Source: Octopus sinensis
Lineage: Eukaryota
NCBI RefSeq assembly: GCF_006345805.1
Contig: NC_043019.1
Span: 12,709,360 to 12,773,359, forward strand
Reading direction: 5' to 3'
Length of the DNA stretch: 64,000 bases
Below, one piece after another: positions 1-12,517 of this stretch (within the stretch, counting starts at the first letter, position 1; every line of letters begins with the position of its first letter). A program made the translations under genes and the position numbers. Below the pieces are notes generated by a model. The model ran no database searches and was not told the origin of the DNA. It worked only from the letters and a program-made list of their open reading frames with translations.

Positions 1-490
1 AAGCACTGCCGTAAACAGGGAAAGTGAGCTAGAACGTTAAAACTTAGTGCGCATGCACAACAGGGGTCAAGGTCAATGTGTGCCAAGCGGCTTCACTTTG
101 CGTGCTTTAGCTTCGTTACTATAGCCACAGTCCGGATACTTATTGATCGTGAAAACCTCAATAAAATGTAAACATAACAGAGCTGATGTAATGATTTGGG
201 ATAGAGAAAAAAAACTGTGTATAGTTGTGGAAATCAGCTGCCTGGCGGATGTTAACATAAAATTAAAGATTAGCGAACCATGGAGAAAATTACAGCTACT
301 CTATCCAGATTACAAGTTCAGGTTTATACCTGTAATTATTGGGGCACTGAGATATGTAACACACTGCTTAAATATCAATATTGATGAATTAGGCTTCTCA
401 AAACCAGAAAGGAGAAAGCTGATTCGAAGACTACAGATCAAAGCCATCACTAGAACTGTAAAGATCTGTAAAACTTTCTAAAAGTTTATC
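1..490 (+). mobile_element. 3' fragment of an RLE-type non-LTR retrotransposon (R4/Dong/NeSL-like restriction-like endonuclease end)
   Basis: ORF 143-481 reads NRADVMIWDREKKLCIVVEISC...FIPVIIGAL, a degenerate RPD..E/D-type nuclease motif followed by the IP.IIGALG C-terminal motif. It is shortened relative to intact elements. Confidence 0.7.
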
Positions 491-745
491 ATTTAAGTAT
501 ATATGAGCATGTTCAAGACATGCAACTATATGCATGAGATTAAAAACATAAAACAAAACATACAAATCTGCACTTATCCACCCATCCATCCATCCATACC
601 CTATTGGTATTGTTGAAATTCGAATAAGGGAGCCTTGGATCTGGGTTAGAAACCGGCTTTTTTTTATCTATTGACAAGAAATCTTGAAATAAAACCGAAG
701 AATGATATACATACATACATAAAAAATAATTGACAAAAATCTTAC

Positions 746-953
746 CTTAGACCATTCACCGACTTGCCATTCTCCAGCACAAGGAATCCGGTTGCATTCC
801 CGGGTACCATTGGGTTCTTTACTTGCATCGCAGTAAGAATCAGAAACCACTTCATCTTTCTTTCGGGTGTCTGACACACAAAAGTATACGGGTTGCTCCA
901 CACCATCTGTGCCGCACGTTTTAGAACAACTGCTCCATCGTTCAACCACCCAC
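746..953 (-). CDS. ADAMTS-like gene exon: TSP1 repeat plus start of the next TSP1 (WVVERWSSCSKTCG...RECNRIPCAGEWQVGEWSK)
   Basis: Acceptor ttttatgcag|G at 955-954 and donor AAG|gtaag at 745. Phase 2 to 0. WxxWxxCSxxCG and Cys spacing fit TSP1. Confidence 0.92.
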
Positions 954-1055
954 CTGCATAAAAATAAGCGCTTTCTTCATAACCTAATCATAACATTTCG
1001 AAACTAATATATATATATAATAATAATAATAATAATCATAATAATAATAATAATA

Positions 1056-1093
<38 letters not shown>

Positions 1094-1381
1094 GGGAATA
1101 TTATTCCAAACTTACAGGGAAAAATTCAATTTAGAAATACTAAATCAAATTTCACAAAATATAATATATATATATTATGTGTGTGTGTGTGTGTGTGCGT
1201 GTGTGTGTAAATTAGAAAAAACACCTTTTATCAATTTAATAATGAAAAAATTAAATTATACCATTTAGAAAAATTACATCTTATAGAAAGATTAAACATA
1301 TGATAAAACATATATCAATTATTAAGTAATATGCAAAATAATAAATAAAACGTATATATTTGGTATTTATGTATGTATGTA

Positions 1382-1412
<31 letters not shown>

Positions 1413-1952
1413 CATACATGCATACATACACACACGCACACACATACATACATACATACATACATACATACATACATACATACATACATACATAGTTCAA
1501 ATTTACAGAAAACAAAAGACAAGGACAGGCGAAGGAACAGCAAGTAGGTGTATTGGTTTAACGCTCGGGAAGAATGGAATAGTCTTTGACGTTTCGAGCC
1601 TACGCTCTTTTGCAGAAAGGATTAAGAGGAATAAAAAAATAAAACGGGGAGAGAATGAAAAGATAAAAACGCAGAGAAAAAAAAAATGTGTCGGGATAAG
1701 GGTTCAACATGATGAAATGGCCGGAAGAGAGAGGGCGATGTTGAAAAGTTCCTAGCTTTAAGGGAATCGGGAAAAGCCTGATTGGAGGCCCAAACTTCAA
1801 TGTTGTTAAATTAAAATGTTTTAATTTAACAACGTTGAAACATTTCAGTTTGTCGACATTGAAACTTATAATGATGTTTTTCTAATTTTACACTTTTACC
1901 ATTGATAAAGAAAAAAATATTGTTGAAACTAGTTTGGTATTATATGTAAATG

Positions 1953-2330
1953 TGGAGGCGCAATGGCCCAGTGGTTAGGGCAGCGGACTCGCGGTCATAG
2001 GATCGCGGTTTCGATTCCCAGAACGGGCGTTGTGAGTGTTTATTGAGCAAAAACACCTAAAGCTCCACGAGGCTCCGGCAGGGATGGTGGTGATCCCTGC
2101 TGTACTCTGTCACCACAACTTTCTCTCACACCTTTCTTCTGTTTCTGTTAACCTGTTTCAAAGGCCGGCCTTCACTCTCTGTGTCACGCTGAATATTCCC
2201 CGAGAACTACGTTAAGGGTTACGTGTATGTGGGTAGTGCTCAGCCACTTACACGTTAATTTCACGAGCAGGCTGTTCCGTTGACGGATCAACCGGAACCT
2301 CGTCGTCGTAACCGACGGAGTGCTTCCATT
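1953..2330 (+). mobile_element. tRNA-headed SINE, family B (head GGAGGCGCAATGGCCCAGTGGTTAGGGCAGCGGACTC)
   Basis: A-box TGGCCCAGTGG and B-box GGTTTCGATTCCC. Near-identical copies at ~8725-9102(-), 19537-19917, 42427-42812. Same head with other tails at 27343-27635, 41311-41603(-), 38352-38645, 40871-41160. Confidence 0.9.
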
Positions 2331-2437
2331 TCATATATGTAAATAAATGTATTTTAAACATTTACGAGCTTTTGAAATGTAAGTGCATTTTCAGCAACAC
2401 ATTTTCTATATATATAGATATATCTATATATATATAG

Positions 2438-2470
<33 letters not shown>

Positions 2471-2484
2471 ACATATATTTTTTA

Positions 2485-2860
2485 CTTGTTTCGTCATTTG
2501 ACTGCGGCCATGCTGGAGCAACCGCCTTTAATCGAGCAACTCGACCCCGGGACTTATTCTTTTGTAAGCCCAGTATTTACTCTATCGGACTCTTTTGCCG
2601 AACCGCTAGGTAACGGGGACATAAACACACCAGCATTGGTTGTCAAGCAATGCTAGGGGGGCAAACACAGACACACAATATATATATATATATACGACGG
2701 GCTTCTTTCAGTTTCCGTCTACCAAATCCACTCACAAGGCTTTGGTCGGCCCGAGGCTATAGTAGAAGACACTTGCCCAAGGTGCCACGCAGTGGGACTG
2801 AACCCGAAACCACGTGGGTGGTATACAAGCTACTTACCACACAGCAGCCACTCCTGCGCC
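2485..2860 (-). mobile_element. tRNA-headed SINE, family A (head GGCGCAGGAGTGGCTGTGTGGTAAGTAGC, internal (TA)n/(TG)n)
   Basis: B-box GGTTCAGTCCC, CORE-like CCTTGGGCAAGTG block and tail AATGACTGAAACAAGTAAAAGAG. Other copies at ~5776, 6349, 9540(-), 10533, 20480(-), 23400, 25015, 25587, 26161, 31344, 35345, 35835(-), 40390(-), 41640, 43185(-). Confidence 0.9.
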
Positions 2861-3076
2861 TATATATATATATATATATATACAGAGAGAAAGAGGGAGA
2901 GGGACAAAGAGAGACAGGGGGGGAGAGAGAAAGACAGAGAAGGAGGGAGAATGAGAGAGAAAGAGGGAGATAGTAGGGGACAAGCAGCGAAGATCACTGA
3001 GTGAAGACATAATATTCTTTTATCAGATTCAGTCATTTGGCTGCGATCATGCTGGAGCAACACCATGTATATTTAC

Positions 3077-3209
3077 CTTGATTTCATACATTCCTCCCGT
3101 TTACACTCCACTTTGTCAATCCGGGGATCTTCAAGATGGAGACAGAAGTTCTTCTCAACAAGTTTATCGGTGAGTGTATTGAAACAGTTGTACATCGTAT
3201 TCTGAATTC
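3077..3209 (-). CDS. ADAMTS-like gene exon: second half of a TSP1 repeat (GIQNTMYNCFNTLTDKLVEKNFCLHLEDPRIDKVECKREECMKSR)
   Basis: Acceptor tttgccaacag|GA and donor AG|gtaaat. 133 nt, phase 1 to 2, exactly bridging exons 4292-4430 and 746-953. Not in the ORF track. Confidence 0.9.
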
Positions 3210-3369
3210 CTGTTGGCAAAGACATTAATTATTAACCAATTAATTATAGATACTCATTAATATGTCTGTTTGTCTGTCTGTATGTTTGTTCTTTTCGCTT
3301 TTTAACAATTTGAATTCTTCTACTGAGGGGCTGCTTTCTAACAAAGATACAAAGCTCCCTCATTGGAAT

Positions 3370-3730
3370 GTATTGAGTTGTCCGGAAAGTTCGTGCCGAT
3401 TTTTAAAGGAAAGAAAAAGGTCAACAAATATTTGCCATTACATTTTTAATCAACCAAATATGAACCATTTTGTTGCACAATGCGTCTTCATCTTTCCTTT
3501 AACTTGAAAATACTCTCTTCCCAGAATTGAGGTGGTTTCATCGCAAATAATTCATGAAGGTATCTTTTTATGTCATCCAAGGAATTGAAATTTTTACCAT
3601 TAAGACTATTCTGCAGAGACCTGAATAAGTGGAAATCTGAAGGGGCAATCTCTGGTGAATATGGAGGATGGGGTAACACATCCCAGCCGACCTGCAGCAA
3701 TTTTTGTTGAGAGGGATTCTTTGGAGTTTG
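3370..3730 (-). mobile_element. Mariner transposon fragment (catalytic C-terminus and one TIR)
   Basis: PHPPYSPEIAPSDFHLFRSLQN (YSPDLAP motif) in ORF 3488-3700. TIR TATTGAGTTGTCCGGAAAGTTCGTGCCGATTT at ~3370. Confidence 0.88.
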
Positions 3731-4021
3731 AATAATTCACCTCTGGAAACACGGGTGTTCCGTTCAACATACTTAAACAACCCTTATTCAGAGACCTTTT
3801 GAGCGGGATGGGTTACTCGACCAGAGGAAAATTCTAACTGGTCCCCACCTGCAAGGTCATGTGCTGTTTATCTTGATATGAGATCACCATGTCGCGCACA
3901 TATGGTTGTGATGCATGTGCTTGGTGTACCTTTATCAGACGGGTAGTCATAATGGGTATACTGGGCTTCGTATATTTTACCCCAGTGTCACTTTGATGGC
4001 ATGCACTGCTCTCTCTCACTC

Positions 4022-4062
<41 letters not shown>

Positions 4063-4291
4063 TAATTTCTGCTGCGGGCACCGGGCACTGATTTTTCTGA
4101 GGGGAGGGGCATGTCGATTAAATCAATCCCAGTATTCAGCAGGTACTTATTTTGTAGACTCCGAAGGGCATGAGAGGCAAAGTTGACCTTGACACAACAT
4201 AAACCCGGGAGAAATGCCGATAGCTAAACGTCTTGTCTGCAAGCTCGTCGTCTTAACAACAACAACAACAACAACAACAACACTGGCTTAC

Positions 4292-4430
4292 CTGCGCCGC
4301 AAGAAACGCTACATTCACTCCATTTGTCAAAACGCCACTTAAAACTGTTTTTCTCAAAGGTGTAATCGTCTCGACTGGCCGTGTAGCTATACGATATCTC
4401 GGAGTCTGTGTTGTTTTCTGTCATATACAA
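4292..4430 (-). CDS. ADAMTS-like gene exon: end of spacer (ISYSY) and start of TSP1 (KWRFDKWSECSVSCGAG)
   Basis: Acceptor cttctag|TTG and donor G|gtaag. Phase 0 to 1. Confidence 0.92.
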
Positions 4431-4887
4431 CTAGAAGTAGGAAAAAGACAAAAACAAAAAAAAAAGAAAAAATGAAAAAAACCCCAAAAACATTGGTAAT
4501 GTCATTACAAATGCAGTGTTGGTAAAGAAGCCGTTTATTATAATCACGGATAATGTCATTAAACGGTTATTGTTATCAAAATTCGTGGGTGGCAAAATCT
4601 ATACTTAAAATGAATTACAATTGAAAAAATTATGCGCTTATTAGAATCTAAGGTTCAGATTGCTATATTTCAGATTGCTATATCTTCTGCTTAGCGTTAT
4701 CAGTTATTGTTATCAAAATTCGTGGGTCACAAATTCTGCATTAAAAATGGATTTGAATTGGAAAAATTATGCACTTATTAGAACCTAAGACCCAGATTGC
4801 TAATTCTTCTGCTTAATGTTATCAAGCAGATAATTGTTATCGAATAGATTTTGTTCAAGTGTGATCGCCATTAAGTGACTGTCACTA

Positions 4888-5335
4888 AGGCGGCGAGCTG
4901 GCAGAATCGTTAGCAAGCTGGGCGAAATGCTTAGCAGTATTTCGTCTGCCGCTACGTTCTGAGTTCAAATTCCGCCAAGGTCGACTTTGCCTTTCATCCT
5001 TTCAGGGTCGATTAAATAAATACCTATTTCTTTATTACCTACAAGGGGCTAAACACAGAGGGGACAAACAAGGACAGACATAGGTATTAAGTCGATTACA
5101 TCGACCCCAGTGCGTAACTGCTACTTAATTTATCGACCCCGAAAGGATGACAGGCAAAGTCAACCTCGGCGGAATTTGAACTCACAGTGTAACGCAGACG
5201 AAATACCGCTAAGCATTTCGCCCGGCGTGCTAACGTTTCTGCCAGCTCGCCGCCTAAATAAATACCAGTTACGCACTGGGGTCGATGTAATCGACTTAAT
5301 CTGTTTGTCTGTCCTTATTTGTCCTCTCTGTGTTA
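4888..5335. mobile_element. Inverted/rearranged cluster of tRNA-headed SINE family C (head GGCGGCGAGCTGGCAGAATCGTTAGC)
   Basis: B-box GAGTTCAAATTCC and central block GTCGACTTTGCCTTTCATCCTTTCGGGGTCGAT. A plus copy abuts a minus copy. Other copies at ~10280, 13455(-), 18915, 22793, 23565(-), 24700(-), 32185(-), 37130(-), 45760. Confidence 0.85.
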
Positions 5336-5518
5336 ATAAGGATCCCTTCCAGGGGCCCTTAATATCGATTTCTTTTTTCAACAATTTTAGTATGCCATGA
5401 GGTTTCCAGACATGAGGTTTCATCAAAATCGATAAAACGATGTTGGAGGAGTTAGCTAACAACCCCACACACACTCCCACGGACAGAATTTCCCACACGT
5501 GTAGTAGATATTTGTTTG

Positions 5519-5560
<42 letters not shown>

Positions 5561-6824
5561 TATGTGTGTGTTTGAACCCCACGACCGCGTGACAACCCGT
5601 GTTAATGTGTTTACGTCCTATTGACCTTGAACTCTTCTGTGTATGTGCACTGGGTTATAGCCTCACTTCCGCTGTTTACAGCAGTGCTTGGAAGGAAGGT
5701 GTGTAGCGTGTGATCGTCGCTACATTTTTGAAATTTTTGAAATTTATGGATTCCTTTGATTTCTATTTTACTCAGGGCGTAGGAGTGGCTGTGCGGTAAG
5801 TAGCTTACTTACGAACCACATGGTTCCGGGTTCAGTCCCACTGCGTGGCACCTTGGGCAAGTGTCATCTACTATAGCCTCGGGCTGACCAAAGCCTTGTG
5901 AATGGATTTGGTAGACGGAAACTGAAAGAAACCCGTCGTATATACGTATATATATATGTATGTGTGTGTATGTTTGTGTGTCTGTCTTTGTCCCCCTCAA
6001 CATCGCTTGACAACCGATGCATGGTGTGTTTACGTCCCCGTCAGAATAAATAGCGGGTTTTAAAAAAAAGGCCTGGCGTCGATTCATTCAGCTCAAAAAT
6101 CTTTCAGCATGACTGCAATCGAATGACTGAAACAAGTAAAGATAAAGGTTAAAGAAAATAAAAGATATGCAATGTTAGGGTCAATCTAATGAGTTAATCC
6201 TCCTAATATGTACACTGGCGTATTTTATGCCATCAGATGCATATTTATGAAACGTCGGCAGTGATTTTTTTTTTGTGGTGTATTTAATTTTGTTGATTGG
6301 TAGCAAGGGTTGGGGTGGCATTGAAAAATGCATTAGTAAGAGAAAAGAGGGAGTGGCTGTGTGGTAAGTAGCTTGCTAACCAACCACATGGTTCCGGGTT
6401 CAGTCCCACTGCGTGACATCTTGGGCAAGTGTCTTCTGCTATAGCCTCAGGCCGACCAAAGCCTTGTGAGTGGATTTGGTAGACGGAAACTGAAAGAAGC
6501 CTGTCGTTTATATGTATATATACATATGTATGTGTGTGTATATGTTTGTCTGTGTCCCTCTAGCATTGCTTGACAACCGATGCTGGTGTGCTTACGTCCC
6601 CGTCACTTAGCGGTTCGGCAAAAGAGACCGATAGAGTAAGTACTGGGCTTACAAAGAATAAGTCCCGGGGTCGAGTTGCTCGACTAAAGGCGGTGCTCCA
6701 GCATGGCCGCAGTCAAAATGACTGAAACAAGTAAAAGAGTAAAAGAGAGAGAGACGATGGTTCGAAAAATATTTTTGAGAAACACTGTTTTTTTTTTTTA
6801 CCAAAGACCAAAATTACGTCATAC

Positions 6825-6988
6825 CTTTGCTAATAAAAAGCCGTTAATCGGTCCGATTGATTGTAACGTTTCTTCTGTTTCAGTGTTGGTGTAAATAAAG
6901 CGAGCCCCTCTTGCTATGAACGAATGCGAAGGGGCCTGAATACCGTCACCATTCAAAGGGAATTCGTTGGCTTTCTCGTCTTCAATTG
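6825..6988 (-). CDS. ADAMTS-like gene exon: spacer domain (AIEDEKANEFPLNGD...GARFIY...ETLQSIGPINGFLLAK)
   Basis: Acceptor tctgttacag|CA and donor AAG|gtatga. 164 nt, phase 1 to 0. LNG / F.Y / E.L...GP spacer motifs. Not in the ORF track. Confidence 0.9.
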
Positions 6989-7194
6989 CTGTAACAGAAA
7001 TAAAAGTAGGATTAGATTCAATGGAGATCTTGAAAAAAAAATACCAAACAGATGAATGATCAAAGCTGTTCCAGCGGTGACATTCCCATTTTTTCCAGGA
7101 ATTGATTTTCTAGGACTCAATTGTCTAATGTAACTTTACTTTAAAAAGATACGATAGCTTATGATTTGAAGAGAAGGCTCAGTTAAAGACATAC

Positions 7195-7284
7195 CCATGA
7201 AATTATTTCGACTGGGAGACTCTGATATGAAGATATTTCTGGCTCCTTTTGGTAAAACAATGATTCTATGATATTTCATCAGTT
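7195..7284 (-). CDS. ADAMTS-like gene exon: start of spacer (ELMKYHRIIVLPKGARNIFISESPSRNNFMA)
   Basis: Acceptor ttctgttgcag|AA and donor G|gtatgt. 90 nt, phase 1 to 1. Y..I..(I/L)P.GA..I.I.E motif. Confidence 0.92.
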
Positions 7285-7821
7285 CTGCAACAGAATAGAG
7301 GAAAATGGCTCAAAATATAGAAAGATAAATGAGTATATATATATAAATAAATACAATTGTAGCGTGGAAGGTGTGTATAAGCCATTAAAACACACACACA
7401 CACAAACACACAAAATCCGTTAGATTCACTTCAACATTTAAATTTAATTTGTGTCAAAATATTTTCGTCGCTTTGAAACCGCGACCTGTTCACAGACAAA
7501 ATCCATAGTTGAGTTGCTTACGTCAGTAGAGATACTTTTATGTTGAGAGAGAGAGAGAGAGAGAGAGAGAGGAAGAGAGAGAGGAAGAGAGAGAGAGAGA
7601 GGGTGAGAGAGAGGGAGTGAGAGACTGACAGATAGAGAGCCAAAGAGAAGGAGCGAGAGAAATGGGAGGCGGTAGGAAAATGAGTGAGAGGGAGGAACCG
7701 ATAGAGAGAAAGGAAGGTAGAGAGGGAAAGATGGAGAGAGAGAGAGAGAGAGTCGGGAAAGAGAGAGAGACAGGAAGAGAGGGAGGGAGGGAGAGAGAGA
7801 GAGAGTGGAGGATAGACATAC

Positions 7822-7942
7822 CTTTCTCTGACGATCGATTCGTTGTTCCTGAGATTGATTTGCAAGTAGTGTTGTCCCCATTACATTGTCCACAGGCGTC
7901 TGCTTTCATTGGAGATTCTAAGACACCGTCGCAACCGACTTC
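7822..7942 (-). CDS. ADAMTS-like gene exon: end of Cys-rich domain (EVGCDGVLESPMKADACGQCNGDNTTC)
   Basis: Acceptor ttcgttgcag|GAA and donor G|gtatgt. VGCD..L.S....D.CG.C.GD.TTC motif. Phase 0 to 1. Confidence 0.95.
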
Positions 7943-8129
7943 CTGCAACGAAAACGAACAAATCCAGATATCATTTAGAGATTCTGTTGGGACAAAAGCT
8001 TAATACTTGTTCATACAGCCACAACTCAATATGGCGGTTGACAAGAACGATGTTTTTCCAACCATGTTCGTTGAATAAACCATTAGGTAAACTGAAAGTC
8101 CGTGTCAAAAAGAAATTTAAAATCAATTT

Positions 8130-8632
8130 TAAGTTGTTGAAGATGACGATGTATGGTTTGAACTAAGCTTTATTGCCAATTCTTCAACTGATAATGCAAG
8201 ATTTTCTTCAAGTAATGCCTCAAGGAACTTATCATCAAACTCAACTGAACGTCCTGTTTGATCTTCATTTTCAAGGCTGAAATCTCCACTTCTGAATTTT
8301 GCAAACCATCTTCTGCAAGTTCTTTCATTCAAGCATTCTTTCCCATAAACCGAGTGTATGTTTCGAGTCGCTTCGGCTGCAGAGTTTCCTTTTTTGTACT
8401 CATAAAGCATTATGTGCCTTGAATGCTCTTTGGATAATTGCATGTTAGAAAGGGTTTTAATGAAAGAAATTTTAATTCTGTTATTCTGTAAAATAATATT
8501 TAATTAGTTTAAATGTACACAAATGTATAAAAATAATTTTTTAATTTCATTAGACATTCTAAAATACTTTTTAAATTTCATTCAATTTTAAAAAAGGTAA
8601 AATCGGACAGAACTTATGGGATCACCTGATAT
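8130..8632 (-). mobile_element. Mariner transposon 5' fragment (paired HTH DNA-binding domain and left end)
   Basis: ORF 8129-8443: RHIMLYEYKKGNSAAEATRNI...RTCRRWFAKFRSGDFSLE. TIR-like end at ~8600-8632. Confidence 0.88.
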
Positions 8633-9331
8633 AATCAAAGTATCTGAAAAGAAATGAAAGGAAGCCAACGAACAATAAAGCGCAAAATTAAATCTCTGCC
8701 TACAATTCTGTAAATACATGGAATGGAAGCACTCCGTTGGTTACGACGACGAGGGTTCCGGTTGTACCGAATCAACGGAACAGCCTGCTCGTGAAATTAA
8801 CGTGTAAGTGGCTGAGCACTTCATAGACACGTGTACCCTAAACGTAGTTCTCGGGGATTCAGCGTGACACAGAGAGTGACAAGGCCGGCCCTTTGAATAT
8901 AGGTAACAACAGAACAGGAAGTAAGAGTGAGAGAAAGTTGTGGTGAAAGAGTACAGCAGGGATCACCACCATCCCTGCCGGGCCTCGTGAGCTTTTAGGT
9001 GTTTTCGCTTAATAAACACTCACAACACCCGGTCTGGGAACGAAACCGCGATCCTTTGACCGCGAGTCCGCTGCCCTAACCACTGGGCCATTGCGCCTCC
9101 ACAATTCTGTAAATACAAACATCCACAAATAACGTTCACACACATACGCGCTATCATACGCATGCGCACACACATACGCGCTATCATACGCATGCGCACA
9201 CACATACGCGCTATCATACGCATGCGCACACACATACGCGCTATCATACGCATGCGCACACACATACGCACACCCACACCCACACCCATACACATTCTGA
9301 AAAGTGGAACATGTAAACCTGTGAACCCCAC

Positions 9332-9465
9332 CTGGCAAATTCCTCGGACGCATATATTATTTGAACCATCGTATTGGCAAAGTGTTCCGTCTTTGACATC
9401 CGCTTCCGTTTGAAGAATTTCCGCCGTCTCCTTTGAGATGCAGTTAAGTTTACAAAAGTTCGTAC
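9332..9465 (-). CDS. ADAMTS-like gene exon: Cys-rich domain (GTNFCKLNCISK...VKDGTLCQYDGSNNICVRGICQ)
   Basis: Acceptor tttttccag|GT and donor CAG|gtgggg. C.L.C / V.DGT.C / CV.G.C motifs. Phase 1 to 0. Confidence 0.93.
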
Positions 9466-10007
9466 CTGGAAAAACATAGCAATAACTTTACAAAAAAAAA
9501 ACAACAAAAAAAATTTGAATTGGGTCGATTCTTTTATTCTTCTGCTTGTTTCGGTCATTTGACAGTGGCCATGCTGGAGCACTGCCTTGGAGGATTTTAG
9601 TCGAAGAAATCAACCCAAAGACTTTTAAGCTTAGTACTTATTCTATCGGTGTCTTTTGCCGAACTGCTAAGTTACGGGTGTTAAACACACCAACACCGGT
9701 TGTCAAGTGGTGGTCGGGGGACAAACACAGACTCAGTCACACACACACACACACACATGTACACGTGCGCGCACGCACATACACACACATATACGACGGA
9801 TTTCTTTCAGTTTCCGTCTACCAAATGCGTTCACAAGGCTTTGGTCGACCTGAGGCTATAGTAGAAGATACTTGCCCAAGGTGCCACGCAGTAGGATTGA
9901 ACCCGGAACCATGTGGTTGGGAAGCAAGTTTCTTAGGGATTACGCAGCAACGGTTAGACTAAGTCGAACAGACTGGAGCTATATATAATTAAGTGCTTTG
10001 ATTAAAC

Positions 10008-10272
10008 ATTCATTATTTGGTTTCAAAATTTTCGTTGCACTTATGGTGATCTGGTCACTGATGCGGTTCTACTGCGTGGTCATTTAACTTTGGTATTAAT
10101 TCCAAGTTTACTGACCAACTATAAGCATCCGACTCAGAACGGTTGACCTATATTGTTGGGAAAATGTATAACCCTGGAACCTTTATGCGCCGACCAGCAA
10201 CCTAGATGCAACAGAATTGCATCAGTGACCAGGGCGCAATTGGGGCGACGAAAATTTTGACACCAAATGATA
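10008..10272. mobile_element. Palindromic MITE-like element
   Basis: CTGGTCACTGATGC (10051-10064) is inverted to GCATCAGTGACCAG (10219-10232). TCAAAATTTTCGT near 10022 is inverted to ACGAAAATTTTGA near 10248. Confidence 0.65.
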
Positions 10273-10698
10273 TTTTCAAATTTTGGCCACGGAAGGGCTT
10301 TTAGGGAAGAGGTGAATCGATCACATCGACCCCATTAATTGAGTGGTACTTATGTTAGTAACCACCAAAATGGAAAATCAACCTCGGCAGAATTCGAACT
10401 CAGGAATGCCGCTATAAATTTCGTCTGGCGTGCTAACGAAGTTAGCAGTCATCGTGTGTGTGTGAGTGTGTATGAGTTTTTGAATGGCTAATATCAATCT
10501 TCCATGCTGTAATTGTTTTAGCTTTAGCATATGGGCGTAGGAGTGGCTGTGTGGTAAGTAGCTTGCTTACCAACCACATAGTCCCGGGTTCATTCCCACT
10601 GCGTGGCACCTTGGGCAAGTGTTCTACACTATAGCCTCGGACCGAAAAGCTTTGTGAGTGGATTTGGTAGACGAAAACTGAAAGAAGCCCGTCGTATA

Positions 10699-10748
<50 letters not shown>

Positions 10749-11130
10749 TATATATATATGCGTGTGTGTGTGTGTGTGTGGGGTGTGTTTTTGTATGTAT
10801 GTGTTTGTCTCCCCAACATCACTTGACAACCGATGCTTGGGTGTATTTACGTCCCCGTCACTTAGCGGTTCGGCAAAAGAGACCGATAGAATAAGTACTA
10901 GGCTTACAAAAGATAAGTCCTGGGGTCGAGTGCTCGACTAAAGGCGGTGCCAAGCATGGTCGCAGTCAAATGACTGAAACAAGTAAAAGAGTAAAAGAGT
11001 AAAAGAGATACGGTCTCAGATCAAACACTTTGCCTCGCGTGTACGTCTCCGAATTTACGCCACGTCTATCAACTACACTTCGTCTTTTCACTAAGTATTC
11101 TGGGTGTAATAAACGCACAAAATATCCTAC

Positions 11131-11236
11131 CGTTTCCGAGTTGTGTTGGTCTCCACGTATGCTGGTTGTTTCCAATCACATAGCCATCGAAAAGTGCACA
11201 TTGTTCAGCTCTCATGTCTCTGCTGTTTACACACAC
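11131..11236 (-). CDS. ADAMTS-like gene exon: start of Cys-rich domain (VCVNSRDMRAEQCALFDGYVIGNNQHTWRPTQLGN)
   Basis: Acceptor tttgttgtag|GTG and donor G|gtagga. D.R.EQC...W.P motif. Phase 0 to 1. Confidence 0.9.
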
Positions 11237-11308
11237 CTACAACAAAAAATTATAACGTATGCATATATGTATATATGTATGTATGTGTGTATCCACATTG
11301 ATAGGTAT

Positions 11309-11500
11309 ATACGAGGGGAGTGCTGAAAAGTTCCTGGGTAAAATACAGAAGTATCAGTTAATTATGATTTCATTCAACATATTTCCCGTCTCAGATTCAC
11401 ACACTTATTGCAGAGGTCCTTCGGGTTTTCTAAACCCTGTAAAAGAACTCAGGAGGTTGGGCCGCTGACCAGACTTTTCGCGACACCGAAATTTCAGCAC
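11309..11500 (+). mobile_element. Terminal fragment of a second mariner-like family
   Basis: TA followed by CGAGGGGAGTGCTGAAAAGTTCCTGG, a Tc1/mariner-style terminus. Confidence 0.5.
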
Positions 11501-11693
11501 CCCATCGACATACATTATACGCACTCACACACACACACACACACACCACACACACCACACACACCAACACACACACCACACACACACAACACACACAAAA
11601 TACACACACACACACACACACAACAAACACGTATATATACATATATACACATAAATCATATAACATTAGGTAGAGGTGCTTATCTCCCATATA

Positions 11694-11742
<49 letters not shown>

Positions 11743-11790
11743 AATATATCTATATATCTATATTAGTATATATATATATATGTATGTGTG

Positions 11791-11822
<32 letters not shown>

Positions 11823-11897
11823 CAGACAAAATGAGATGACAAAGCCAAGGCTGTGAGGAGTTTTCAGGACATTTATAAGGAATATATAATGTATATA

Positions 11898-11929
<32 letters not shown>

Positions 11930-11965
11930 TATAGATATATATATATATATAATATATATTATATA

Positions 11966-12250
11966 TACTACAAAATTAGAGAATGGAGGAAATATACTTA
12001 AATCAGTAAAACATCAACTATCCGATGATACTCACTCCATACTTTAATACACCATTACATATGAGTAAAGGCAATACATAAAATGAAATGAGATATACAG
12101 TAATAGTAACAAGATAAAGAGATATAAGTAAAAAATTTTCAAATAATATGCAAATAAATCAAACTGACAGCTGTTTCGGCAGTGAGGACAGTCATACCTC
12201 ATTTAACCTATAAGCCATAAGGCAGGTATAAATGGGCATTAACAAGGATG
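11966..12250 (+). repeat. ~280-bp dispersed repeat (Penelope pLTR-like); further copies at 14866-15145(+) and 15438-15717(-), diverged relative at ~34500-34800
   Basis: Direct sequence identity between copies. All are (TA)n-flanked and carry the TGACAGCTGTT(T)CGGC motif. Confidence 0.7.
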
Positions 12251-12400
12251 CCCCACGGCCTTCAGAGAATTAAATAAATTTGTTATAATAGTGAAAAATA
12301 TTATACAATCATATACATATAAATATAAAAATATAAAAATGTAAATATAAAAAACTTTATACATCATAAAGCTACACTTCAACCCCTATCTCATTTTATA

Positions 12401-12453
<53 letters not shown>

Positions 12454-12470
12454 TATATAATATATATATA

Positions 12471-12517
<47 letters not shown>

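Noticed and set aside
1-1095. Dong/R4-like element targeting the (TAA)n tract at ~1019-1093
   Set aside because: The LINE fragment ends hundreds of bases earlier and a host exon lies between them, so there is no junction with the TAA tract.
1953-2030. tRNA-like sequences (here and at every SINE head)
   Set aside because: A/B boxes are followed by SINE bodies repeated many times, so these are SINE heads rather than tRNA genes.
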